Assembly (NCBI GenBank): GCA_965208575.1
Contig: CBDBOV010000003.1
Coordinates: forward strand, 160,001 to 224,000
DNA from: Spirochaetia bacterium
GTDB taxonomy: Bacteria; Spirochaetota; Spirochaetia; SZUA-6; Bin103
Reading direction: 5' to 3'
DNA: 64,000 bases
Shown: positions 1 through 8,849 of the stretch, in pieces
Position numbering within the stretch: the stretch's first letter is position 1
Layout: every line of letters begins with the position of its first letter
Position numbers and translations under genes: made by a program
The notes under the pieces: model-generated
The model's input: only the letters and a program-made list of their open reading frames with translations
Told to the model about the DNA's origin: nothing
Database searches by the model: none

Positions 1-777
1 CGGGCCAGTGATCCGTCCGATTTCGGGGAGTACGTCGACGACCTGCGCGTCGACATCCGGCTGCGATCCATCGACGGCCGCGACGGGACCCTGGGCGTTG
101 CCGGACCCTGCCTGTACCGAAAAGACGGCCAGCTCCCGGCGGCCGGGGAGGTGACGTTCGACACGGCCGACCTGAGCAGACTCGGCGCTGCCGCGCTCCG
201 GCAGCTCGCGCTCCACGAGATCGCCCACGTGCTGGGATACGGCACGTCCCATCCATGGAGGAACCTGTTGCGCGACTCGGCCCTCAGGGTGGGCGGCGGC
301 GGTCCCGGCACCGCCCTGCCGGATACCCACTTCGCCGGTTCGGCAGCGGTGAGTGCATTCGACGAGGCCCTCGGCAGCGCTACCTATTCGGGCAAGAAGG
401 TACCGGTGGAAAACGACAGGAAACGATTCTCGAAGGGTGCATTGGACGGCCATTGGCGCCTGTCCGTGTTCGGCGACGAGCTGATGGCTCCCACGTTTGC
501 GTCCACGGCACCGCTCAGCAAGGTGACCATCGCGGCGCTCGCCGACCTGGGCTACCAGGTGGACTACACGGAGGCCGCGGCCTACACGGTCCCGAGCAGT
601 TCACTTACGAGCGCAACCGCCGCATATGGCCTGTCTCGAGTGAGCGCGCTGCACGTGGGCGATGACATCCGCCGCGGACCGGTGTTCAAGATGGAGACCC
701 TGGATCAGCGTACTTCGGTCAACCCTGCTCGACGGGCGCCAATTCGACCGTCCGGCAGTCCGGCACACTCCGAGTGA
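1..777 (+). CDS. Leishmanolysin-like (peptidase M8-related) zinc metalloendopeptidase, 5'-partial
   Basis: Frame 1 is open from base 1 (IDGRDGTLGVAGPC...). Zincin motif HEIAHVLG, third ligand in GHW and Met-turn DELMAP. Confidence 0.85.
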   Translation, partial: RASDPSDFGEYVDDLRVDIRLRSIDGRDGTLGVAGPCLYRKDGQLPAAGEVTFDTADLSRLGAAALRQLALHEIAHVLGYGTSHPWRNLLRDSALRVGGGGPGTALPDTHFAGSAAVSAFDEALGSATYSGKKVPVENDRKRFSKGALDGHWRLSVFGDELMAPTFASTAPLSKVTIAALADLGYQVDYTEAAAYTVPSSSLTSATAAYGLSRVSALHVGDDIRRGPVFKMETLDQRTSVNPARRAPIRPSGSPAHSE

Positions 778-808
778 CGGGAAGCGTCCGATAGCGTAAG
801 CTGTAGGC

Positions 809-1267
809 ATGCATCTCCCGAAACCAGACTCCGACGGCGGCTACCTGGAAGCCGCGGCGCGCATCATCTTCATGGGCGGCCTGAACCGCCAGGTGGTGGA
901 CGGCAAGTGGCCCGGCTTCAGGGAGGTGTTCGCCAATTTCGACGTGCACGCGGTGGCGGCCTTCGACGACGACGACGTGGATCGCATCGCGGCCGACGAC
1001 CGGGTCATCAAGTACCGCGCCAAGCTGGCCGCGGTGGTGAAGAACGCGCGCACCATCGCCGCCATCGCCGCCGATCAGGGCTCGTTCGCCGCGTACGTGG
1101 ACGAACTGTACGCCATGGAGGGGCCGGGCGGCGCCAGCCGGGCGCTGGCCAAGGAATTCACCTACGTGTCGGAGCAGGGCGCCAAGCACTGGCTGTATGC
1201 CACCGGCTACGACATCGGCGAGGTCACCGACAAGGTACGGCGCAAGTACGCTCCGTTCGGCGGGTAG
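809..1267 (+). CDS. tag: DNA-3-methyladenine glycosylase I family protein (short form)
   Basis: GGLNRQVVDGKWPGFREVFANFD...VIKYRAKLAAVVKNA matches the Tag family pattern. Confidence 0.8.
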   Translation: MHLPKPDSDGGYLEAAARIIFMGGLNRQVVDGKWPGFREVFANFDVHAVAAFDDDDVDRIAADDRVIKYRAKLAAVVKNARTIAAIAADQGSFAAYVDELYAMEGPGGASRALAKEFTYVSEQGAKHWLYATGYDIGEVTDKVRRKYAPFGG

Positions 1268-1269
1268 CG

Positions 1270-2385
1270 ATGGCAGTGGATGTCGTCGAGCTGACGCAAC
1301 GGCTCGTGGCGATCGACTCGGTCAGCCGGCACAGCAACGCGCCGGTCAGCGACCTGCTGCAGCAGGTGTTGGCCGCCGCCGGCTTCGAGGTGGAACGGCT
1401 GGAGTACGACGACCCGGACGGCGTGCGCAAGGTGAACCTGGTCGCGCGGCGCGGCAACGGCAGCGGCGGGTTCGGGCTGTTCTCGCACAGCGACACCGTG
1501 CCGGGCGACAGTTGGGCGGGCGATCCGTGGGCGCCGCGGGTGCAGGGAGACCGCCTGGTCGGGCTGGGAACCTGCGACATGAAGGGGCCGCTGGCGGCCG
1601 CGATCGCCGCGGCGGCGGCGGTGCCGGAGGAACGCCTCGCGCGTCCGGTGTACGTGGTGGTGACGGCGGACGAGGAGGTCACCGGGCGCGGCGCGCTGGA
1701 CGTGGCCGAGCGGTCGCGCCTGTACCGGGGCGGCCCGGCGCTCGGGGTGGTGACCGAGCCGACCCGGCTGATTCCGGTGTACGCCCACAAGGCCAGTTCG
1801 CTCGCGTTCGTCACCGCCCACGGGCGGGCGGCGCACAGCAGCACCGGCAAGGGCATCAACGCCACCCTGCTGATGGCGCCCTTCCTGGCCGAGATCGCGC
1901 TGCTTGCCGAGGAGATCAAGCGCGACGAGTCGTTCCTGAACCACGAGTTCACGCCTCCGCACAACTGCCTCAACGTCACCATCGACGACGGCGGCACCCG
2001 CCCCAACGTAACCGCCGCCAGGACGGTGTGCACGGTCGGCTTTCGCCCCATGCCGGGCGACCGCAGCGACGACCTGATGGCGATCATCGAGGAGAAGGCG
2101 AACCGCCACGGCCTGCAGTTCGAAGGGTACGCCGGCAAGGCGTTCCGGGTGCCGCCCGACAGCCGCGTGGTGGAGGTGGCCAGGCAGGCGACCGGAGCCG
2201 AACGGGCGGAAACGGTAGGCTTCGGCACCGATGCGTTTGCGTTCATGGACGACGTCGAGCTGGTGGTGCTCGGCCCCGGCGACATCGCCCAGGCGCACAC
2301 CGAGAACGAGTTCATTTCGATCGCCGAGCTGCGCCGCGCGGTAGCGGTGTACGCCGCCATGATCGAGCAGGCGTGTTGCCGGTGA
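1270..2385 (+). CDS. argE: M20 family metallohydrolase (acetylornithine deacetylase-like)
   Basis: SHSDTVP, GTCDMKG, ADEE and AHTENE motifs. ATG at 1270, 2 nt after the upstream stop. Confidence 0.85.
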   Translation: MAVDVVELTQRLVAIDSVSRHSNAPVSDLLQQVLAAAGFEVERLEYDDPDGVRKVNLVARRGNGSGGFGLFSHSDTVPGDSWAGDPWAPRVQGDRLVGLGTCDMKGPLAAAIAAAAAVPEERLARPVYVVVTADEEVTGRGALDVAERSRLYRGGPALGVVTEPTRLIPVYAHKASSLAFVTAHGRAAHSSTGKGINATLLMAPFLAEIALLAEEIKRDESFLNHEFTPPHNCLNVTIDDGGTRPNVTAARTVCTVGFRPMPGDRSDDLMAIIEEKANRHGLQFEGYAGKAFRVPPDSRVVEVARQATGAERAETVGFGTDAFAFMDDVELVVLGPGDIAQAHTENEFISIAELRRAVAVYAAMIEQACCR

Positions 2386-2460
2386 CGGGTGCCCCGGCCG
2401 GTGCGGTTCCGGCCCGGTCGCGGCGCACGCGATCATGATCGAAGCAATGCCCCGCCGCTG

Positions 2461-2868
2461 ATGGACGTTCACTTCAGCCTGCAGATGAAGGTGCGCGACT
2501 ACGAGTGCGACCTGCAGCAGATCGTCAACAACGCGGTGTACCTGCAGTATTGCGAGCATACGCGCCACGAGTACCTGCGCCGGCTTGGCATCGACTTCGC
2601 CGCGCTCCATAACCGCGGCGTCGACCTGGTCCTGGTGCGCTCCGAGGTGGACTACCACTTCCCGCTGCGCAGCGGCGACCGGTTCGAGGTGACCCTGAGG
2701 ATGGAACCGAGGGGGCGCATCCGGTTCCTGTTCCACCAGGCAATTTTGCTCCTGCCCGAGCGGCGGCGTATAGTTACGGGAGTATTCCACGGCGCGAGTC
2801 TCCGCAATGGCCGGCCGGCCCTGGTCGCCGAGGTAGCGGACAAGCTGCAACGAGAGAGTGAGCGATAA
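2461..2868 (+). CDS. Acyl-CoA thioesterase (YbgC/FadM hot-dog fold)
   Basis: VRDYECDLQQIVNNAVYLQYCE motif. Stop overlaps the next ATG. Confidence 0.9.
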   Translation: MDVHFSLQMKVRDYECDLQQIVNNAVYLQYCEHTRHEYLRRLGIDFAALHNRGVDLVLVRSEVDYHFPLRSGDRFEVTLRMEPRGRIRFLFHQAILLLPERRRIVTGVFHGASLRNGRPALVAEVADKLQRESER

Positions 2869-4211
2869 TGAGCAAGAACATCTTCTTTCTGGTGGGGGAG
2901 GGCGAGTACCACTCCGAACGCACCATCCCACCCTTCGCACGGCAGGTGGCCGCCGAGCTCGGCCGCGAGGCGGTGCTGAGCGTCGGCGAGGAGGCCGACC
3001 CGCTCGACCTCACCGGCCTCGACGGCGCCGAGTTGCTGGTGATCTGCGTGCGGTTCCGCAACCCCACTCCCGACCAGCTCCGCACCCTGCACGAGTGGTT
3101 CGCCTCCGGTCGTCCCGCGGTGGGGCTGCGCACCACCAGCCATGCGTTCAGCAACGCCCGCGGCTGGTGCCCCGACTACTTCGGCGGCCACTACATGAGC
3201 CACGCCCCCAATCAGCAGGGCCAGCTTGCCGTGGTGGACCCGGCGGCCGCCGCCCACCCGATCGTGCGCGACCTGCCGCGCGTCACCGAGATGGGCTACG
3301 GCGGCACCTACAACGCGGTACCGCTCAACGACACGGCGACGCCGCTGATGTTCGGCAAGACCGGCGAGCTGCCGGCGGAACCGGTGGCTTGGGTCAACCG
3401 CTACACGCCGAGTTCGCGGGTGTTCTTTACCTCGCTCGGGAGCGCCGAGCACTTCGAGGTGCCGGCGTTTACCCAGTTGTTGCGGAACGGCATCGCCTGG
3501 TGTCTCGGCGAGGGCGGCGACGGCGGCGACGCGAAGCCGGCGCAGTCGGCCATGCCCCCGCCGCCGAGGCGCCCGCCGCATAGCGCGACGGTGCTGTTCA
3601 CCGGCGCTCCGCTGACCGGCTGGCGGCACTGGGATCCCGGCGGGCAGCCGCCCGGCATGCGCCTCGACGCACGCGCCGAGAGTACCGCGGGCGGGGAGCG
3701 GCACAGCGCGGGACGCTGGCCGGCAGCCGGCAACGTGCTTACCGCGGCTCCCGGCTACGGCGACATCTACAGCGAGGCGCGCTTCGCCGCGCACCGGTTG
3801 CATCTCGACTTCCAGCTTCCGGTGCAACCCGACTGGGTGCCCGCCAAGCTGGCCGGCACCGGCGGCGTGTTCATCACCGGGCGCTACGAGATAGAGATCC
3901 GCGGCTCGGCGCCCGGGTCGCCGCCCGAGCACCGCTGCGGGGCGCTGAACGGCTTCAAGCCGCCCGACGTCGACGTGGCGGTGCAACCGGGCGTATGGCA
4001 CGAGCTGGAGGTGGAATACACGCCGCAGGACGAGGGCGGCCGGATCTCGGTGTGGCTCAACGGCACCCGCATCCACCACAACGTCGAGGTTGTCGAGCCC
4101 ACGCCGCGCGGCTTCACCGAGTTGCCGGCGGAGTGGCAGGGCCGCTCACCGCTGCGCCTGCAGGCCGACGCCGCGCCGGTGCGTTACGCCAACATCTGGG
4201 CGTCCGAGTAG
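2868..4211 (+). CDS. ThuA-like domain fused to DUF1080 (3-keto-disaccharide hydrolase/lyase) domain
   Basis: N-terminal LRTTSHAF...RVFFTSLG (ThuA). C-terminal VLFTG..LTGW, GGVFITGRYEIEI, ISVWLNG, LRLQ..VRYANIW (DUF1080). Confidence 0.8.
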   Translation: MSKNIFFLVGEGEYHSERTIPPFARQVAAELGREAVLSVGEEADPLDLTGLDGAELLVICVRFRNPTPDQLRTLHEWFASGRPAVGLRTTSHAFSNARGWCPDYFGGHYMSHAPNQQGQLAVVDPAAAAHPIVRDLPRVTEMGYGGTYNAVPLNDTATPLMFGKTGELPAEPVAWVNRYTPSSRVFFTSLGSAEHFEVPAFTQLLRNGIAWCLGEGGDGGDAKPAQSAMPPPPRRPPHSATVLFTGAPLTGWRHWDPGGQPPGMRLDARAESTAGGERHSAGRWPAAGNVLTAAPGYGDIYSEARFAAHRLHLDFQLPVQPDWVPAKLAGTGGVFITGRYEIEIRGSAPGSPPEHRCGALNGFKPPDVDVAVQPGVWHELEVEYTPQDEGGRISVWLNGTRIHHNVEVVEPTPRGFTELPAEWQGRSPLRLQADAAPVRYANIWASE

Positions 4212-4280
4212 CGGCCCGGCGCCGTCGCCTGTCCAAGGCGCCGCTTCCTGCCCAACCTGGTCTGCTGCGGCGGCGAGCGG

Positions 4281-5165
4281 TCAGCCGAGCGGAATCTGCT
4301 CGGCCGCGGCCACTTGCTGGATGTAGTCGACGCCGAGGTCGTACTCCTTTTGGGTGTGCAGGTGCTCGATCATGAGCGGCACGGTCTGCGGCAGTTCGTG
4401 CAGGACGCGCAGGTAGGCGGCGTAGTCGATGTTGCCGCAGCCGGGGCGGACCTCGTGCATGATCACGCTCACGTCCTCCTGCATCGCCAGGTCCTTGGCG
4501 TGGGCGGAGACGATGCGGTCGCCGAACAGGCGCACCGCCTCGCGCGCCACGGCGGCGTTCTCGTAGTACAGCCGCGGGGTGTTGATCAGGTTGACCAGGT
4601 CCATGTGGGCGGCGAACTCGGGCCGGTCGACGGCGTCGAGCAGGCGGCGGATGTTGGCTGGTGAGTCGGCCACGCTGAACGGATAGATTTCATACACGAA
4701 GCGCGCCCGCTTGGGCTTGACGGTGTCGATCAGCCAGCGCGCGTTCTCGACCGCGGCGTCGAACGCGTCGGGGGTGAAGTTGAACGCGTCGTGCGAGCCC
4801 TGGCTGGGGCCGCCCGGCGAGCCGATGCAGGTGATGGCGCACAGGGCGCCTACCTCGTCGGCGATGGCCAGGTAGTCCGCCATGCGCTGCCGCTCGCGCT
4901 TGCCTTCCTGCGGGTCGGGATGCAGCATGTTGCGCCAGCCGCCCACCTCCGCGATCACCACGTCCTCGGCGGCGAACGCTTCGCGGATGTCGCGCATCCG
5001 GTCGCCGTCGTCGACCGACACCTGCGGGCAGTAGGCGGCGGAGAGCCCGCGTTCGCGGTGCTGGCGCGCCAGCGCTGGTACGTCTGCGACCGCCGAACCG
5101 TGCGTCCTGCCCACCGCGGCGTCGCCCTCCTGGCCGCCCATGATCACACTGCCAAGTCTCACCAT
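4281..5165 (-). CDS. Sugar phosphate isomerase/epimerase (AP_endonuc_2 TIM barrel)
   Basis: VYEIYP, HMDLVN, HAKD, GCGNIDY and MIEH metal-binding motifs. Start MVRLGS at 5165. Confidence 0.85.
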   Translation of the reverse strand: MVRLGSVIMGGQEGDAAVGRTHGSAVADVPALARQHRERGLSAAYCPQVSVDDGDRMRDIREAFAAEDVVIAEVGGWRNMLHPDPQEGKRERQRMADYLAIADEVGALCAITCIGSPGGPSQGSHDAFNFTPDAFDAAVENARWLIDTVKPKRARFVYEIYPFSVADSPANIRRLLDAVDRPEFAAHMDLVNLINTPRLYYENAAVAREAVRLFGDRIVSAHAKDLAMQEDVSVIMHEVRPGCGNIDYAAYLRVLHELPQTVPLMIEHLHTQKEYDLGVDYIQQVAAAEQIPLG

Positions 5166-5248
5166 AGCACCGCGATGGTAGCCGGCGGCAGCAACCTCGC
5201 ATAGCCCTGCCGGCCCTGCCGGTCCTGCCGGCTGCGGAAGAAGTGCGG

Positions 5249-5974
5249 TCAGCGCCTGGTGCGCAGCACGACGCCGCCGACGTTGTGGAGAATGCGCTCC
5301 AGGCGTTGCGCTTCCCGGTCCACCAGGTCGGCGCGCGTGAGGATGTCGGTCAGGAAGCGCTGCACGCTGGTCGCGCCGGTGGGGCTGAAAAAGCCCACCT
5401 CGGCGAGGGCGCCGGTCAGCGGCTCGGCCATGCGCGCGATCCGCTCGGCGCCGACCGGGCGCTGGCGCGGGCGCGCCTGGCGCGGCGCGTGGCCGTGCTT
5501 GTAGATCTCGTACGCCACCACCTGCACCGCGTGCGAAAGGTTCAGCGACGGGAACTGCGGCGCCGACGGGATCGCCACCGCCACCTGGCACGGCTCCATC
5601 TCGGCGTCCGTCAGTCCGTTCTTCTCGTTGCCGAACACCACCGCCACCGGCCCCGCATGCCGCTCGGCCAGGCGCCGGCCAAGCTGTTCGGCGGTCCAGA
5701 TGCGGTACTTGCGCCGCTTGCCGTCACGGCGGGTCACGGCCGCGGCCAGCGTGCAGCCGCTCACCGCTTCCGCGACGCTGTCGCACAGCACGGCCCCGTC
5801 GAGCAGGTCGGCCGCGTGCACGGCGACCACGCGGGCCACGTGCCGGTCGATCCCCTCCGCCGCCACCAGGTGGAGTTGCCCGATGCCCATCGTCTTTGCG
5901 GCGCGGCAGGCGGCGCCGACGTTGCGTCCCTCCTCAGGGCGCACCAGAACGATGCGCAGGTCGGAAAGGTCCAT
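5249..5974 (-). CDS. trmJ: SPOUT RNA methyltransferase, TrmJ/LasT family
   Basis: IVLVRP..NVGAACRA, VFGNEKNGL and SLNLSHAV motifs. Confidence 0.9.
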   Translation of the reverse strand: MDLSDLRIVLVRPEEGRNVGAACRAAKTMGIGQLHLVAAEGIDRHVARVVAVHAADLLDGAVLCDSVAEAVSGCTLAAAVTRRDGKRRKYRIWTAEQLGRRLAERHAGPVAVVFGNEKNGLTDAEMEPCQVAVAIPSAPQFPSLNLSHAVQVVAYEIYKHGHAPRQARPRQRPVGAERIARMAEPLTGALAEVGFFSPTGATSVQRFLTDILTRADLVDREAQRLERILHNVGGVVLRTRR

Positions 5975-6044
5975 GCCGATCAGCCCCGGCAGGAAGCGAA
6001 CGCGAGCGGAGCCGGAACCGAGGCGCGGTCGGCAGGGGCCATCG

Positions 6045-7079
6045 TCAGCTCAGGGCGGCGGTGAGCTGCTCGAACAGGTCGTCTTCGGGCTCGAAGCCGG
6101 CCAACTCGATTGGCCGCCGCTGCAGGGTGCTGGCGTACAGCGCGAGCACGGTCTTGAACTCGTGCAGCGACTGGTTCAGGTCGGTGCCCGGCAGCGCCGC
6201 CTCGTCCTCCAGCCAGTCCAGGGTGGCGCGCGTCAGCCCGGCCTGCGCGAGCACGTTGTTGGCTCTCCAGGTGTCGCCGACGTGGCCGCGTTCGGTGCCG
6301 TCCGGTCCCACGATCTCCCAGTTGCGGAACTCCTCGTACAGGACCCGCCCGCGCTCGGCGTAGGCGGCCACGCGCACGTGCTGGTACACGGTCGCCGGGT
6401 CGCCGATCAGCGGTGCGGTGGGGCCGTGGTGCCACAGGCAGCGCACGCCGTTGTCGAACAGCAGGTGGGCCACCGAGGAGTCGGGCGCCGGATGGGTCGG
6501 GTCGCTGCCGCTCATCCCGCTGGCGGTGCCGAACACGGACTGTACGCGTGCGTCGCCATTCAGCGACATGATGTAGTTGAGCGCGTGGGTGCCCTGGTTG
6601 GAGATGTTCATGCCGCAGGAGGTCTCCAGGAAGCGCACGGCGCCGAGCCGGCCCGACTGCAGCGCCTCCCGGCAACGGGTCAGGTCGACGTGCCAGCGGA
6701 ACTGGTGGCTCACCGTGAACCGGGTGGCGCAGCGCTGCTCCAGCTCCACCAGGGATCGCCAGTCGGTCACCCCGGCGGCCAACGGCTTCTCCACCACCGC
6801 CGCGGGTACGTCCAGATCCGCCGCCAGGTGCATGAGCGCCGCGCGGTCGGCGGGCTGCGTGACGATGTGGACGATGTCGGGCCGTTCGCGTTCGATCATC
6901 TCGGCCGCATCGGCATAGGGGGCCAGGCCGTACTCGGAGGCGTGGCCGTCACGCCGCTCCTCGATCAGGTCGCAGCAGGCGGTGAGCGCGGCGTCCGCAA
7001 CGTGCTCGTAGGACAGCACGTGCATGCGGCTGCGGCTGCCGCACCCGATCAGCGCCGCCTTGTAGCGTGGCTTGCTCAT
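6045..7079 (-). CDS. Gfo/Idh/MocA family oxidoreductase
   Basis: AALIGCG Rossmann start, VVEKP, NQGTH. Confidence 0.9.
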   Translation of the reverse strand: MSKPRYKAALIGCGSRSRMHVLSYEHVADAALTACCDLIEERRDGHASEYGLAPYADAAEMIERERPDIVHIVTQPADRAALMHLAADLDVPAAVVEKPLAAGVTDWRSLVELEQRCATRFTVSHQFRWHVDLTRCREALQSGRLGAVRFLETSCGMNISNQGTHALNYIMSLNGDARVQSVFGTASGMSGSDPTHPAPDSSVAHLLFDNGVRCLWHHGPTAPLIGDPATVYQHVRVAAYAERGRVLYEEFRNWEIVGPDGTERGHVGDTWRANNVLAQAGLTRATLDWLEDEAALPGTDLNQSLHEFKTVLALYASTLQRRPIELAGFEPEDDLFEQLTAALS

Positions 7080-7211
7080 GGCGCCCACCCTACCCGAACG
7101 ACGTTCCGGTGCACAGCCGCGCGACGATCCGCTCCCGGTGCGGCGTTTACGCAGGTCGACAATAGCGTCCGGATTCGGTGTAATGGCGCCAGGCGAGACG
7201 GGGTGGAGTGA

Positions 7212-8678
7212 ATGGTTGACGAGCGGTTTCGGTTGAGCGATGCGGAGTTGCAGCGGTTTCTGGTCGACGGTTACCTGGTGCTGCGGCCGGAGTTGCCGGA
7301 GGGATTCCACAGCCGGGTGTACGACCGTCTCGGGGCGGTGTTCGAGCGTTCCGGCAATCCGTTCAACAACATCCTGCCGCTGGTGCCGGAGCTGGGCCGA
7401 GTGTTCGGTCATCCGCGCGTGACCGGCGCGCTGGCGAGCATTCTGGGGGACGACTACTACCTGCACATGCACCGCCACTGCCACGACCGGGCACCGGGAA
7501 GCGACGCGCAACGGCTGCACAAGGACAGCCTGTACAACAGCCGCTACGCGGTCGACGGCAACCGGCGCCACCACCACGCCCGCTGGGCAATGGCGTTCTA
7601 CTATCCGCAGGATACCGGCGAGGAGATGGGGCCGACGGCGATCGTGCCGCGCTCCCAGTACCTGCTCGAGCAGCAGCGCGTGGAGGACGAGATCCACCTC
7701 ACCGGTGCGGCCGGCACGGTGGTCATCGTGCACTACGACATCTGGCATCGTGCGGCCGGCACCGTGAGCGCGGCACACAAACGCTACATGGTGAAGTTCC
7801 TGTTCACGCGCATGAGCGACCCGCGGGAGCCGAGCTGGCGCCACGAGCCGGGTGCGGAAGCGCCGCTTTGGGAGAACGATGGCGGGGACCATGGCACCGG
7901 TCCAGGGCCGCGCCTGGAGTTGCCGGAGGTGTGGGGCCACCAGTGGCGCTGGCACCTGGGACAGTCCGGATCCGGCGCCGGATCGCCGGCATCGGCGCAC
8001 GGCAGCCTGGCTTCGTTGTTCGAGAGGCTGGCGGCCGAAGACGAGTGCATGGCGCTGGAGGCGGCCTATCGCCTCGGCCGCGGTGGCGGGGATGCCGCGC
8101 GACCGCTGGCCGAGGCGCTGCGCAGCTCCGACGAACGCGTCCGGCGCAACGCAGCCTGCGGATTCGCGCCGCTCGGCGCCGCGGCGGTGCCGGCGCTGAG
8201 CGATCTGGCCGGCGACGCCGACCCGGCGGTGCGCGCGCGTGCGGTCGATGCGCTCGGCGACATCGGCCCGCCGGCGCGCGCCGCGGCAACGGTGCTTGCC
8301 GGGGCGCTGCGCGACGACGAGGCGGCCGTGCGCGAGTACGCGGCGGACGCCCTCGGCCTGGTGTGCGGCGGCGCCGGCGATGCGGCATCGGCGGCGTCGG
8401 CGCTGGCGTCGGCGATGGCCGACGCCAGTGACACGGTGCGCCGCAACGCCGCGCTGTCACTTGCGCGCATCGGCTCCGGAGCGGCCGGCGCCGGCGACCA
8501 GGTGGCCGCCGCCCTGGTGGCCGGCCTCGAAGACGAGAGTCTCTACGTGAACGGCTACTCGGTGCTCGGCCTGCGCCGCCTCGGCACCCCGCGCGCCCAC
8601 CGCGAACTGCTCGCCCGCCTGGAGGAGGCGCGCTGGGAACCGCGCGAAACCGCCCCCGCCGGCCTGCGCCGCAAGTAG
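7212..8678 (+). CDS. PhyH-family Fe(II)/2OG dioxygenase fused to HEAT repeats
   Basis: FLVDGYLVL, HKD...IWHR triad and GPTAIVPRS. C-terminal repeats VRRNAA/VRARAVDALG/VREYAADALG. Confidence 0.85.
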   Translation: MVDERFRLSDAELQRFLVDGYLVLRPELPEGFHSRVYDRLGAVFERSGNPFNNILPLVPELGRVFGHPRVTGALASILGDDYYLHMHRHCHDRAPGSDAQRLHKDSLYNSRYAVDGNRRHHHARWAMAFYYPQDTGEEMGPTAIVPRSQYLLEQQRVEDEIHLTGAAGTVVIVHYDIWHRAAGTVSAAHKRYMVKFLFTRMSDPREPSWRHEPGAEAPLWENDGGDHGTGPGPRLELPEVWGHQWRWHLGQSGSGAGSPASAHGSLASLFERLAAEDECMALEAAYRLGRGGGDAARPLAEALRSSDERVRRNAACGFAPLGAAAVPALSDLAGDADPAVRARAVDALGDIGPPARAAATVLAGALRDDEAAVREYAADALGLVCGGAGDAASAASALASAMADASDTVRRNAALSLARIGSGAAGAGDQVAAALVAGLEDESLYVNGYSVLGLRRLGTPRAHRELLARLEEARWEPRETAPAGLRRK

Positions 8679-8849
8679 GGATGCCGGCGGGCCACCTGAA
8701 GGGCCGGTAGTCGTGTGGCAGGCGGCATTCAACTCGAATGCTGCCGCACTGCTCAGCGGCGCCTGCGTTGACACCCGGCACGCCTGCCGACAAACGTGTA
8801 GAATCGGCACTGCTCGCAGTGGTACGAACCTGCGCCGGCGACAGAAGCA

